A DNA stretch of 64,000 bases from Rubripirellula sp. GTDB lineage: Bacteria > Planctomycetota > Planctomycetia > Pirellulales > Pirellulaceae. Of the stretch, positions 39,681 to 49,159 are shown one piece after another. Below the pieces are notes generated by a model. That model searched no databases. It had not been told where the DNA came from and worked only from the letters and a program-made list of their open reading frames with translations. Location: contig OZ244207.1 of NCBI GenBank assembly GCA_965216875.1, positions 5,728,001-5,792,000 of the forward strand, given 5' to 3'. Position 1 is the first letter of the stretch. Each line of letters starts with the position of its first letter. Both the position numbers and the translations under genes were made by a program.

Positions 39681-39697
39681 GTCATGCTCCGCATGAC
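39677..39697 (+). repeat. Family B REP overlapping a stop codon
   Basis: gtaggtcatgctccgcatgac; its TAG is the stop of 38376-39680. Confidence 0.85.
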
Positions 39698-39769
39698 AAT
39701 CTTACGAATCTCTGCATGAGCCGAACCGGCCCGACGCAAGTTTCAAAAGACACGATTCAGGCAGTGCCC

Positions 39770-39875
39770 GTGAGCCGCTGGCCGTGAGGCCTCGGGCCCT
39801 TGCCCCACGTGTGCACACTTCAGCGGAGGTGCTGTAGCTGTTGATAGCCCGGCCGCTTACGCGATCGCGGCTCAC
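39770..39875. repeat. REPIN/MITE-like doublet with GTGAGCCGC...GCGGCTCAC terminal inverted repeats
   Basis: Both arms recur in inverted order at 53752-53832. Confidence 0.7.
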
Positions 39876-39945
39876 TTGTTTGGGCCCGGGCAGGGATTCC
39901 TTCGAGTGGAATCGCCGTTGAAGTCTGCACATCCTGGCATGGCGA

Positions 39946-40803
39946 TTGCATCTCTCTTCCGAGTCGCGATTCCACTTGGGTGGAGCCAACTCTTACGCAG
40001 TCGAACCAGGAGCAACCGTCTTGCGCACTCGGTGCCTTTTTGATCACGGGCGGCGGTTTTTTGTCAGCGTGTCGCCGCGCACGCACTGGGCGATCCAAGG
40101 CGTCGCGTTGATCGGGATCACGCTTTGGATTGCAAGTGATGTCGACTTCCAGCTCGCTGCGGGCGGCATGGGCGACTTCGAAACATCGGGGATGCGCAGC
40201 CATTTGCTCTTGTCCGCTTTGGCATTGATCGGATTGCATTTGCTCGTGCTCGGAACATCGCTGCTCGTTGGACAGGCTTCCTTTCGCAGCATCCGATCCA
40301 TGCTCATCTTCACAACGATCATGAGCCTATGGATTGGTCTCTATTGCTCACAAAACGAAATCGCGTTTCATGGTAAGGGCGTTCGAATGCGGGCGCAGCT
40401 TGAACATCTCCGCCGGGTCTGCCAACAACTGCAAAAAGACTGGCCGGACGAGGATGGCACGCTCGAGTTGCTCGGCCCCTTCATGGCGTACCCGATCAAG
40501 CGACCGACCACATTGATGCTTTTAACGCCACCGCACCTCGACACCTCTGGCACAAGCATCGCTGCCATCCAGCGCAGCGACACCGGTGGCATTCAATTCC
40601 AACTGAGCACCTACGAGAACGGCCAAGTTGTCATGCATGATTGGGTCGAATGGCATCCTGACGAAGCGCCGCGATCGTTTGTCGGTGGACTCGGCGAAGA
40701 GATGAAACTCTGTCGCCAAAACTCGCTCTCCAAGGACTGGTTCTTGGTGAGATATGCGCCCGCTCGATATCACGTCAATGAACTTGTTGTCGCAAGGGAC
40801 TAA
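39946..40803 (+). CDS. Hypothetical membrane protein (about 3 TM segments); start uncertain
   Basis: Long ORF with hydrophobic segments filling the gap before the convergent MOSC gene. Confidence 0.6.
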   Translation: MHLSSESRFHLGGANSYAVEPGATVLRTRCLFDHGRRFFVSVSPRTHWAIQGVALIGITLWIASDVDFQLAAGGMGDFETSGMRSHLLLSALALIGLHLLVLGTSLLVGQASFRSIRSMLIFTTIMSLWIGLYCSQNEIAFHGKGVRMRAQLEHLRRVCQQLQKDWPDEDGTLELLGPFMAYPIKRPTTLMLLTPPHLDTSGTSIAAIQRSDTGGIQFQLSTYENGQVVMHDWVEWHPDEAPRSFVGGLGEEMKLCRQNSLSKDWFLVRYAPARYHVNELVVARD

Positions 40804-41258
40804 TCTCCATCGCCTAATCGAATGGAGACCGGGTCGCCGATCGAAATCGTTCCGGCCGATTGCACTTTGCAACAAACGCCACCGCGCCAATTAGGTGCCA
40901 GGGCGTTCTTGAGTCCAGGAACTTGCTGATCCATCCGCGCGCAAGGATCGGTCTCGCCGGTGATCAAAAGCTCGACTGATTCCCCGATTCGGATCGTCGC
41001 ACCGGTGGTTTCCGCCAACGACAAACCCGAAACGAGCAGGTTCGCGCGTCGCGTGGTCCAGGGGATTTCGGTTCCCAACTCGGTTTCTGCGGCTTCCCAG
41101 TCTTCGACCGACAACACCGTGATTTGACGGGCATTCGACTTGCCGCGGAAGTCTTCCCCAGCCCCCCGATCGACCGTGATTTCGATGGAAGAATGTTCGT
41201 CCATGGCCGCCCGCGATTTGGTCCGCGTGGCGATTCCGAGCAAGCTACCGTGACTCAT
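40800..41258 (-). CDS. MOSC domain protein
   Basis: RQITVLS, RRANLLVSG, ETDPCARM, RGGVCCKV...GTISIGD. Confidence 0.9.
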   Translation of the reverse strand: MSHGSLLGIATRTKSRAAMDEHSSIEITVDRGAGEDFRGKSNARQITVLSVEDWEAAETELGTEIPWTTRRANLLVSGLSLAETTGATIRIGESVELLITGETDPCARMDQQVPGLKNALAPNWRGGVCCKVQSAGTISIGDPVSIRLGDGD

Positions 41259-41328
41259 CGAGAAGACGACCTATACTGTTGATCCGAATTCACTTCCTTT
41301 TCGCCGCCGCACACATCGCCACCATAAC

Positions 41329-42855
41329 ATGTCTGTTCGACTCTTTTTGCTTGCCGTCGCCGCACTTGTCAGTTTCAACGTCACCACGGCAGATGATCGC
41401 CCCAACATCATCGTGATCATGGCCGACGACTTGGGCTACGGTGATCTGTCGTGCTATGGCGCTGACACCTTTGAAACTCCGAACATCGACCGTCTTGCGA
41501 AAGAGGGCCAGCGATTCACGAGCGGTTATTGCTCGGCATCGACCTGCACACCGACGCGTTACTCCTTTCTGACGGGCACGTATGCGTTTCGCACGCCAGG
41601 CACCGGCATTGCACCGCCAAACAGCCCTGCATTGATCAAGCCTGGAACCGAAACACTTCCCTCGCTGCTTCAACGTGGCGGCTATGCGACAGCTGTGATC
41701 GGCAAATGGCACTTAGGTCTCGGTGGCGAAGGTGGCCCCGATTGGAACGGCGACCTCAAACCCGGGCCAATGGACATCGGCTTCGACTACAACTTCTTAC
41801 TTCCCACGACCAACGACCGCGTTCCACAGGTTTACGTTGAAGGCCACCGCGTCTTGAACCTTGATCCCAAAGACCCGCTTTGGGTCGGCATGAAAAAACC
41901 AAGCGAAGATCACCCAACGGGGATCACGCATCGACACACGCTCAAGATGGATTGGTCGCACGGTCACAACTCGACGATTCACAATGGCATCAGCCGGATT
42001 GGTTTTTACACCGGCGGCCACGCGGCTCGTTTTCGCGACGAAGACTTGGCCGATAAGTGGGTCGAAAAATCGGTCGAGTGGATCGAAGGACATCAAGACA
42101 AACCTTTCTTTCTGTTTTTCGCGTCGCACGACTTGCACGTCCCACGAATCGTTCACGAGCGATTCCAAGGCGCCACCAAACTTGGACCGCGGGCCGATGC
42201 GATCGTTCAACTCGACTGGTGTGTTGGCGAATTGCTCAAGACACTCGACCGACTGAAAATGAACGAAAAGACGCTCGTTGTTTTTTGCAGCGACAACGGC
42301 CCCGTGCTGGATGACGGATACAAAGACGATGCCATCGAAAAGATCGGCACTCACAAGCCCGCCGGCCCTTACCGTGGCGGCAAATACAACGTGATGGAAG
42401 GCGGCACGCGCACACCCTTCATCACTCGCTGGACCGGCCAGATTCCTGCTGGCGAATCGGACGAAGTCGTCTGCACGATCGACATGGCAGCAAGCTTTGC
42501 AGCCATGGCCGGTGTCGACCTTCCCGAAGACGCTTGCCTCGATAGCTTCAACGTCCTCGGTGCCATGCTCGGCGAAAAAGGAGCCAAGGGTCGCGACCAC
42601 TTGGTCCAACAAGACAACGGCAAAGGCGGCAACTATGGCCTGCGCGTTGGCGATTGGAAGCTGCAGCGACACGATTCAAAGAAGACGCACAACACCGAAC
42701 TGCGTTTGACCCGTCGTAACATCGAGACCTACTCGCTGTACAACCTGCAATCGGATCCCGGCGAACGCAAAAACGTGATCGCCGATCATCCCGAGGTCGC
42801 CGATCGGTTGAAAAAGCAACTCGACGATTTGATCGAAGCAGGTCGCAGCCGCTAA
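41329..42855 (+). CDS. Arylsulfatase-like sulfatase
   Basis: RPNIIVIMADDLGYGD, CTPTR, GKWHLG, SDNG, EGGTRTP. Confidence 0.95.
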   Translation: MSVRLFLLAVAALVSFNVTTADDRPNIIVIMADDLGYGDLSCYGADTFETPNIDRLAKEGQRFTSGYCSASTCTPTRYSFLTGTYAFRTPGTGIAPPNSPALIKPGTETLPSLLQRGGYATAVIGKWHLGLGGEGGPDWNGDLKPGPMDIGFDYNFLLPTTNDRVPQVYVEGHRVLNLDPKDPLWVGMKKPSEDHPTGITHRHTLKMDWSHGHNSTIHNGISRIGFYTGGHAARFRDEDLADKWVEKSVEWIEGHQDKPFFLFFASHDLHVPRIVHERFQGATKLGPRADAIVQLDWCVGELLKTLDRLKMNEKTLVVFCSDNGPVLDDGYKDDAIEKIGTHKPAGPYRGGKYNVMEGGTRTPFITRWTGQIPAGESDEVVCTIDMAASFAAMAGVDLPEDACLDSFNVLGAMLGEKGAKGRDHLVQQDNGKGGNYGLRVGDWKLQRHDSKKTHNTELRLTRRNIETYSLYNLQSDPGERKNVIADHPEVADRLKKQLDDLIEAGRSR

Positions 42856-42870
42856 CGGCCCGTGAGCTAT

Positions 42871-42950
42871 TGAGCCGCAAACGCTAGGGCCGGGCCCTCC
42901 AAACGGCCGATGCCGGATCTGCGTCGCTGTCGCTCCTTGATCCGGCCTAC
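42871..42950. repeat. REP cluster between convergent genes (family E-like unit + family A copy at 42911-42950)
   Basis: 42911-42950 is the exact reverse complement of 2835-2874. Confidence 0.8.
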
Positions 42951-42952
42951 GT

Positions 42953-44545
42953 CTACGCTTCGCTTTCGGCCAACACGCGTTTGGGGATACTGACGCGTTG
43001 GTAGGTGAACTCTCGGAACAGCAGACCGAGGTTGATCAACGTGACCGCGACCCCGAAGACGAAGATGACCAACGCCAACACGGGGTCATACTGATTCTCG
43101 AAACACTCGACCATCGTCCACGCCCAATCGATCGCCTCGAGCGAGGTGTAGTTGTTCGGCGCATTTCCCGTGAAGATGACGGTCAAAATCAATGGCGAAA
43201 ATGCTGCCAACCCCATCACCGCTGCAAGCGTCGATAGCGGGATGATCAAATTGGGTCCAAAGCGTCGATTGATCAGCAACACGATCAAACGCACCACGCC
43301 CAAATAGCCAAGCAGATACCCCATGATGACAACCGAAAACGTCATCGTGTCAGTGCGTGGGTCATCGAGTTTGTTCAAGATCCCGAACGCCCCCATTACC
43401 ATCGCCGCGACGCAACCCGTACTGATCGCAAAAACGTAGCCTGTTCCCGGGCCGGGATTGAACCAGGTCAACACCGAACGGCCAGCCAATGTGCTGGGCA
43501 ACGTACGCTGAACACGGGGACTCAATTCAGGAGATTCACTGAGCATCAGCGTGCCCATCACCAACCAGTAACCGCCCAGAATCATCGTTCCAAAATTGAG
43601 CACTTCGCCCTCTTCGTACCAAAGCACGAGGAACGTGATCGAGCCGATCCACAACAGTTGCTGCAGGAACATCGTCCATCGCAATCCGGTCGATCGATTC
43701 TCGGTGACCGGCGCAATCCGGGCCGCCGCAGCGCGAATGAACATCGCCATGCACGAACCACCAATGACCAAAAAGACGATCGAAAAGATCACGGCGTCGA
43801 TCTGATCACCCATTCGATCCATCAAAACGACATCCAAACAAAATGCCGCGCACATGAATTCGCCAAACAGCAACACGCCGATCACCACGATCAATGCGAG
43901 CGTTTGCCCGGCTCGGTTGGGCGCGAGCGTCGCCAACATCAGCGAAAACGTGGTCAGCAGCGTCGCGGTAAAAAAGACGGTCCCAATCAGCATGGCGATC
44001 GTTTGCAGCGTGACCCCACGAAGCAAATACGAAAACGCCAAGCAAGGCACGATCGCGGCAAAATAGACCATCATCTGCAGCATCGCGCTGTTCAACTTGC
44101 CCATCACGATTCGCATTGCCGAAAGCTTGGTGATCACCAACATTTCGAACGTGTCGTCATCGATTTCTGCGGCCAAGGAACGATGAGCCGCAAGAGGCAC
44201 CATGAACATCAGCGGAATCGCCAACACAAAGTAATAGCCTCCAAGCAACGTATCACCTGATGGCACGTAATAGACATCAGGTGCATTCGACACGATTCCC
44301 AGGACTGTCCAGATGCACGAAGCAACCAACAGTAGAAAAAAGGTCGTGATGAACTGGCGACTCTTCAGTGATTGACGAGCTTCTTTGATCAGGATCGGAT
44401 TCAACCAACCCGCGACGCGATCACCAATTCGGTCGATGGCGCCCCAGACACCGGACGCCTGGGAATCAAGCGCAAGCGGGTGGTAGTCGATCGATTGATC
44501 GTCACCGCCAAGTGATTCCGAGTCCTGGACCTCAAGCTGGCTCAT
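42953..44545 (-). CDS. ABC-2 type transporter permease
   Basis: NPILIKEARQ, EIDDDTFEMLVIT.LS..RIVMGKL motif, many TM helices. Confidence 0.85.
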   Translation of the reverse strand: MSQLEVQDSESLGGDDQSIDYHPLALDSQASGVWGAIDRIGDRVAGWLNPILIKEARQSLKSRQFITTFFLLLVASCIWTVLGIVSNAPDVYYVPSGDTLLGGYYFVLAIPLMFMVPLAAHRSLAAEIDDDTFEMLVITKLSAMRIVMGKLNSAMLQMMVYFAAIVPCLAFSYLLRGVTLQTIAMLIGTVFFTATLLTTFSLMLATLAPNRAGQTLALIVVIGVLLFGEFMCAAFCLDVVLMDRMGDQIDAVIFSIVFLVIGGSCMAMFIRAAAARIAPVTENRSTGLRWTMFLQQLLWIGSITFLVLWYEEGEVLNFGTMILGGYWLVMGTLMLSESPELSPRVQRTLPSTLAGRSVLTWFNPGPGTGYVFAISTGCVAAMVMGAFGILNKLDDPRTDTMTFSVVIMGYLLGYLGVVRLIVLLINRRFGPNLIIPLSTLAAVMGLAAFSPLILTVIFTGNAPNNYTSLEAIDWAWTMVECFENQYDPVLALVIFVFGVAVTLINLGLLFREFTYQRVSIPKRVLAESEA

Positions 44546-45495
44546 TGGACACGTCCTTTCGTGATTTGCAAAAAGACGTCTTCCAGCGAATCATCGCGTG
44601 GCACGTATTCGAGCAGTTCAATCTCCGCTTCGACCAACATGCGAAGCACATCAATCTGATGCTGCTCGCCGCCGTCAATCGTGAACTTGATCTTATCGTC
44701 GCTCTGCGACACATCGTGGACATACTCGATTTCGGCCAAACGATTGATTGCCGGCCCGCAGTCGCCGGCCACACGGATCACGATGTCACGAGTCTGTTTT
44801 AACGTCGCGCGAATCTCATCAACGGTCCCGGTCGCAAGCAGCTTCCCCTGTTCGATGATGCCGACACGGTCACACATCTCGGCAAGTTCGGTCAGGATGT
44901 GACTGCTTACCAAAATCGTTTTGTTGTCGGCCGCAAGCGAGCGAATGATCTTGCGAAGTTCGATGCGTGCTCGGGGATCAAGGCCAGCAGCTGGTTCATC
45001 GAGGATCAGAACGGCTGGGTCATGGATCAAAGCACGACCGAGGCATAGGCGTTGTCGCATGCCCTTGCTGAGCCCACGAATCGGTTTGTGCGCCAAGGCG
45101 CGCAAGCCCGTAAAGTCCATCACCCAGCGCAGTCGGCGGGTGCGTTGGCGTCCGACGAGACCGTGCGATCTCGCAAAAAAATCAAGGTATTCGGCACAAT
45201 TCGTATCGGAATACGTGCCGTAGCTGTCTGGCATAAAACCCAATCGACCGCGAACGCGATCCGGGTCGTTGACCGATGAGAGACCTTCCACAAACGCTTC
45301 GCCCGAAGAAGGTAACTCAAGCGTTGCGAGGATTCGCATGCTCGTCGTTTTGCCTGCACCATTGGGACCGATGTATCCAAACACGCTACCACGAGGCACT
45401 TCAAAGGAAACGTGATCGACGGCGCGTGTCGAACCAAACGTTCGGCACAAACCACGCAGCTCGATCATGGGCCCTGACCAAGTCGATCCGATCAC
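44542..45495 (-). CDS. ABC transporter ATP-binding protein
   Basis: GPNGAGKTT, LSKGMRQR, LILDEP, SSH. Confidence 0.95.
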   Translation of the reverse strand: MIGSTWSGPMIELRGLCRTFGSTRAVDHVSFEVPRGSVFGYIGPNGAGKTTSMRILATLELPSSGEAFVEGLSSVNDPDRVRGRLGFMPDSYGTYSDTNCAEYLDFFARSHGLVGRQRTRRLRWVMDFTGLRALAHKPIRGLSKGMRQRLCLGRALIHDPAVLILDEPAAGLDPRARIELRKIIRSLAADNKTILVSSHILTELAEMCDRVGIIEQGKLLATGTVDEIRATLKQTRDIVIRVAGDCGPAINRLAEIEYVHDVSQSDDKIKFTIDGGEQHQIDVLRMLVEAEIELLEYVPRDDSLEDVFLQITKGRVQ

Positions 45496-47681
45496 GGCAG
45501 CTCTCCCATGATGATGTGGACGCTACCATCATGCTCGGCATCGACGGCGCCAACGCTTGCCGTCACCTCGGCTGAGCCAACAAAACGCTTCGGTGGAATC
45601 GCTCCTTTCCATTGTTCCATCCGTTGTTCGAGTCGACTGACGTGCATTCCAGGGGACAGACCGCCCCATCCATAACCACCTTGCAATTTCGGCACGGTCC
45701 CAAGCGGCGGCAAAACATCATCGTTCAACAAGAGCGGCACATCGGTAAAGCTGGTCGATGTCATCTCGACTTGATCACCCGGTTCGACACGGCCGCATTT
45801 CCAATAACCTTTGCCATCGTGCACGATCATCTCATTCAGCGCGTACGGCAAGTGATTGGTCAACGTTGCTGATTCGGTTCCGATGTCGAAGGATATCGTC
45901 TTTTCGTACGACTTCGGTTCGTTGACCAGATATTGAACTTGGTTGCGCGGCGGCAAAAAGCAGCCGGTATGCGATCGATACTCAGCACCGTCGGCGATAG
46001 CGCCCGAACGGGTGCCGCTTGACCGACGACGGTAATATCGATCATTCACCGGAAGATTTCGGACCGGGTACACCGCTACCTCGGGATCAAACCGCAAGCC
46101 GTCACTGCCGCCAAAAACGGCATAGTACGTTTGCCGCGATTGTTCGAGAGCGCGTCCGTTTTCGGTATCAAGCCAGGTGACCTGACGAACCTTTACTCGT
46201 GTCTTGGTCCCATCGGAAGCGAGCGCGTATGCGAACAAACTGATCGTGACCACTCCAGCAAGAGCAGGTGCGAAGAAGTAGAGCAGGTAGAGTCGACCGC
46301 GACGCCGGAAAAGGAAGTAACAAAGTGGCCCGACGATAATCACGAACAATGTGTTCAGCAGTACGAAGGACTTGACGGGCGGTTGTCCAACCGAACCGAT
46401 CAGCCACATCCAGTAGTTGTCATTTCCCGATTGGATGTCGACCCCATTTCGCATCGACCATTGGAGCCGATCGTCTGTCGCCCGCCATGAAATCGACTTC
46501 CAAAGTTGATAAGACCCAGGGAAGGGATCTTGAGAATCGATGACGACGATCTGCCCAGCGCCGTAGGCGCCCATCTGGAACGAACTGGCAAGTTCATCGC
46601 GATTGACGATTCTCGCGAACGGATGCTTGGCATTGACGAGTCTCGTATGCACCTTGGACCGCATCTGCATGCCATTGCCTGACCCCGAAAACGAATAGTG
46701 TTGCGACCGCTTGTAGATGCCGCTGTACGATTCGTGGTAAAGCTCGGAGGTATCGTTGAGCGAGCCCAGGTCCAACATTTGATTGATGTTCTTGGCCGTC
46801 GGTAACGTTCGCACACCCGGGTTTGCGAATTCAATCCCTTCAAACACAGTCGCTTCGGGTTGCGGTGCGTACACCCAAAGATTGCCTCCCACGGCGACCC
46901 ATTCCATCAACGCTTCAAACTGTTCCGGCTCCGACTGCTTCAATCGAGTGAGGATCGGTTCCGCGGCTAGGATCACATCCAATTGTGAGTAGGCGATCCA
47001 TGTTGGATGAAGCGCCCGCTCATTGAGCAAACGAAACTGAACCCATGCGGGTTGAACGCGCTGGGCGACAGCGACCGATTTGGCATGGGGCAGGCGGGGA
47101 ACTTTCTGGTCTTGTGGTATCGGGCCCTGACCCAAAACCGTTACCAGAGTTCGCACATCCGGAAACGTCTTCCAGGGTTCATCTTGCGTGGCAACGTCGT
47201 GCGGCACCAAAATGCCGACCGATGAACGTTGCTTTGCGTAGCGGGCGCGGAGCCCATTGAGGTGGTAACTCAGCCCCCACGACGTATCGACAGGCCGACC
47301 GTCTTCAAACAACTTGACCTGAACGCGTTCCCACGAAAAGTAGTGGGGAATGTAGAGGACTTCGTCTATCTTTTTCACGCCCTCGGGCAACTTCACCCGG
47401 GTCTTGTAACTGAAGTCCAGCGCGGTGTCATACTCATTGCGCGGCGAAATCTCGACGTCGATGTATCGGTCACGGGGAAACTGCTTACCGAGTGCCGAAA
47501 AACCGAGATAGACCGGGTGATAGCCGTTTCCGCCTACCGCCTCGATGTCAACGGTCAACACGAAGCCTGCCTTTGCTGGCCGGTTGGGACCGCTACCGAT
47601 GCGAATCTTGTCGGCCCGGCAAATGGGCATCGCGCAAACGATTACCGCCAGGCACGCCATCCAAAAGCGAATACCGCTCAC
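45492..47681 (-). CDS. Exported/membrane hypothetical protein associated with the ABC system
   Basis: Signal peptide; WVAVGG segment; two internal TM helices; 4-nt overlaps with both neighbours. Confidence 0.8.
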   Translation of the reverse strand: MSGIRFWMACLAVIVCAMPICRADKIRIGSGPNRPAKAGFVLTVDIEAVGGNGYHPVYLGFSALGKQFPRDRYIDVEISPRNEYDTALDFSYKTRVKLPEGVKKIDEVLYIPHYFSWERVQVKLFEDGRPVDTSWGLSYHLNGLRARYAKQRSSVGILVPHDVATQDEPWKTFPDVRTLVTVLGQGPIPQDQKVPRLPHAKSVAVAQRVQPAWVQFRLLNERALHPTWIAYSQLDVILAAEPILTRLKQSEPEQFEALMEWVAVGGNLWVYAPQPEATVFEGIEFANPGVRTLPTAKNINQMLDLGSLNDTSELYHESYSGIYKRSQHYSFSGSGNGMQMRSKVHTRLVNAKHPFARIVNRDELASSFQMGAYGAGQIVVIDSQDPFPGSYQLWKSISWRATDDRLQWSMRNGVDIQSGNDNYWMWLIGSVGQPPVKSFVLLNTLFVIIVGPLCYFLFRRRGRLYLLYFFAPALAGVVTISLFAYALASDGTKTRVKVRQVTWLDTENGRALEQSRQTYYAVFGGSDGLRFDPEVAVYPVRNLPVNDRYYRRRSSGTRSGAIADGAEYRSHTGCFLPPRNQVQYLVNEPKSYEKTISFDIGTESATLTNHLPYALNEMIVHDGKGYWKCGRVEPGDQVEMTSTSFTDVPLLLNDDVLPPLGTVPKLQGGYGWGGLSPGMHVSRLEQRMEQWKGAIPPKRFVGSAEVTASVGAVDAEHDGSVHIIMGELP

Positions 47682-48091
47682 GAGTTCACCTCGCCACTGT
47701 GACCGGTATCGGTTTCGATTTCGTCCGGAGCCGCCAACGCGCTATCGAGCAACGACCCCGATGCAGCGTTGCCAGTCGTTGCAACGCCCGCCCCCGCACT
47801 CGCGGGATTGCTGACCGTCTCACGTCGACGGAAAGGTCTTACGATCGTTTCGACCAACCACGACGAGCAAAGCGCGACGACGAACAACATGAAGTAGGCA
47901 AAGAAACAGCCGATCACGGTGGCGAGAAGAGCCGAGACGCACTTTGCCCAAAATTGGTCATCCACTGCGGCCGCACGGAAGGCAACCATTGCCAATGCAC
48001 AGATCACGACGAGGATTGCGATGAACATCAATGAGGTCTGCGGCGCCAACCGCTGCCTCAAAGGTTTCGATTCGGTTTCCTCGTACGTCAT
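47678..48091 (-). CDS. Small membrane hypothetical protein
   Basis: Two hydrophobic helices; coupled to the downstream gene (GTGA overlap). Confidence 0.7.
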   Translation of the reverse strand: MTYEETESKPLRQRLAPQTSLMFIAILVVICALAMVAFRAAAVDDQFWAKCVSALLATVIGCFFAYFMLFVVALCSSWLVETIVRPFRRRETVSNPASAGAGVATTGNAASGSLLDSALAAPDEIETDTGHSGEVNS

Positions 48092-48154
48092 GAATGATAT
48101 GCAGGACCTTGTTTTGAAGGCCCTTCCCCGTGGTTACCCCAACAAGTAACAAGC

Positions 48155-48886
48155 TTAGTCGATGTGGGCGATGCGGATGTCTTTGAACTCGACCCACATT
48201 GGCTTGCCAGCGTGCAGCTGCAACGCGAGCACACCTTCGCTAAGAGCCAATTCGGGATGCTTGTCTTTAAAATCCAAGATCTTGCGTCCATTCAAGAAAT
48301 GCTGGATGTGATTGCCTTTCGCAATGATCACGACGTCGTTCCAGTCATCGACTTTCATCAGTGACTTGAACTCGTCGGCGGTGATCAGCTTTTCTTCGTC
48401 AGCGACTTTGCCGTCAGCGTTCCAAACGGCCGTTTCACCCGCCAAACAAATGCGTCCGCGTTTTCCACCTTCGTCATAGATGAATCCCGAAACATTGGGC
48501 ATGCCATCTTCGTTGCGGATTTCGTGTTGGTACCCGCGAACAACCCAATCGTTGCGAACACGTCCTTCGGTGATGTGCCTGGACCGATACTGAATCCCCG
48601 AGTTGTTGGTGACGGCTGCTCGGAATGACAGACGCAATTCAAAATCTTTGACTTTCGCATCTTGCCAAATCAGGAACGTGTTCCCGTTGGCAACCTTTTC
48701 CGGAGTCGTTTCACCATGGATCACTCCGTCCTTGACGCTCCACAGACGTGGGTCGCCGTCCCATCCGGTCAGGTCCTTGCCGTTGAAAATTGGCTTCAAA
48801 TCAGCCGACTCAGGTGGCGCGGATTCCTCGGCAAAGGCAGGAACCAAAAGGGCGGAAAGTAGGACAACACTCAGGCAGCGGATCAT
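48155..48886 (-). CDS. DUF1080 (3-keto-disaccharide hydrolase-like) protein
   Basis: FNGKDLTGW, DFELRL, NSGIQYR, WN, GVLALQLH, VEFKDIRI. Confidence 0.9.
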   Translation of the reverse strand: MIRCLSVVLLSALLVPAFAEESAPPESADLKPIFNGKDLTGWDGDPRLWSVKDGVIHGETTPEKVANGNTFLIWQDAKVKDFELRLSFRAAVTNNSGIQYRSRHITEGRVRNDWVVRGYQHEIRNEDGMPNVSGFIYDEGGKRGRICLAGETAVWNADGKVADEEKLITADEFKSLMKVDDWNDVVIIAKGNHIQHFLNGRKILDFKDKHPELALSEGVLALQLHAGKPMWVEFKDIRIAHID

Positions 48887-49081
48887 GTGCGTAAAGCTCT
48901 TCTAAGGAGATTCATTGAAACTTGAGCCCGAATTATGACTGACGACCCGCGGTCCCTCAAACCACCAAGGCCAAAATCAACCAAATCGTTGGCGCACACC
49001 ACAGTGAACGTTTCGACAATGAGGGCAAATTCTTGGCGAAGAAAAGGGGATTTCCCGATTCCAGTGGTTTCCCGTGATCAT

Positions 49082-49119
49082 GTAGGCCGGATTAAGCAGC
49101 GACAGCGACGCCAATCCGG
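49082..49119 (+). repeat. Family A REP variant
   Basis: gtaggccggattaagcagcgacagcgacgccaatccgg. Confidence 0.8.
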
Positions 49120-49159
49120 AATGATCACTCGGGCCACGAGTTAGCGCGTTGAGCCAGAT

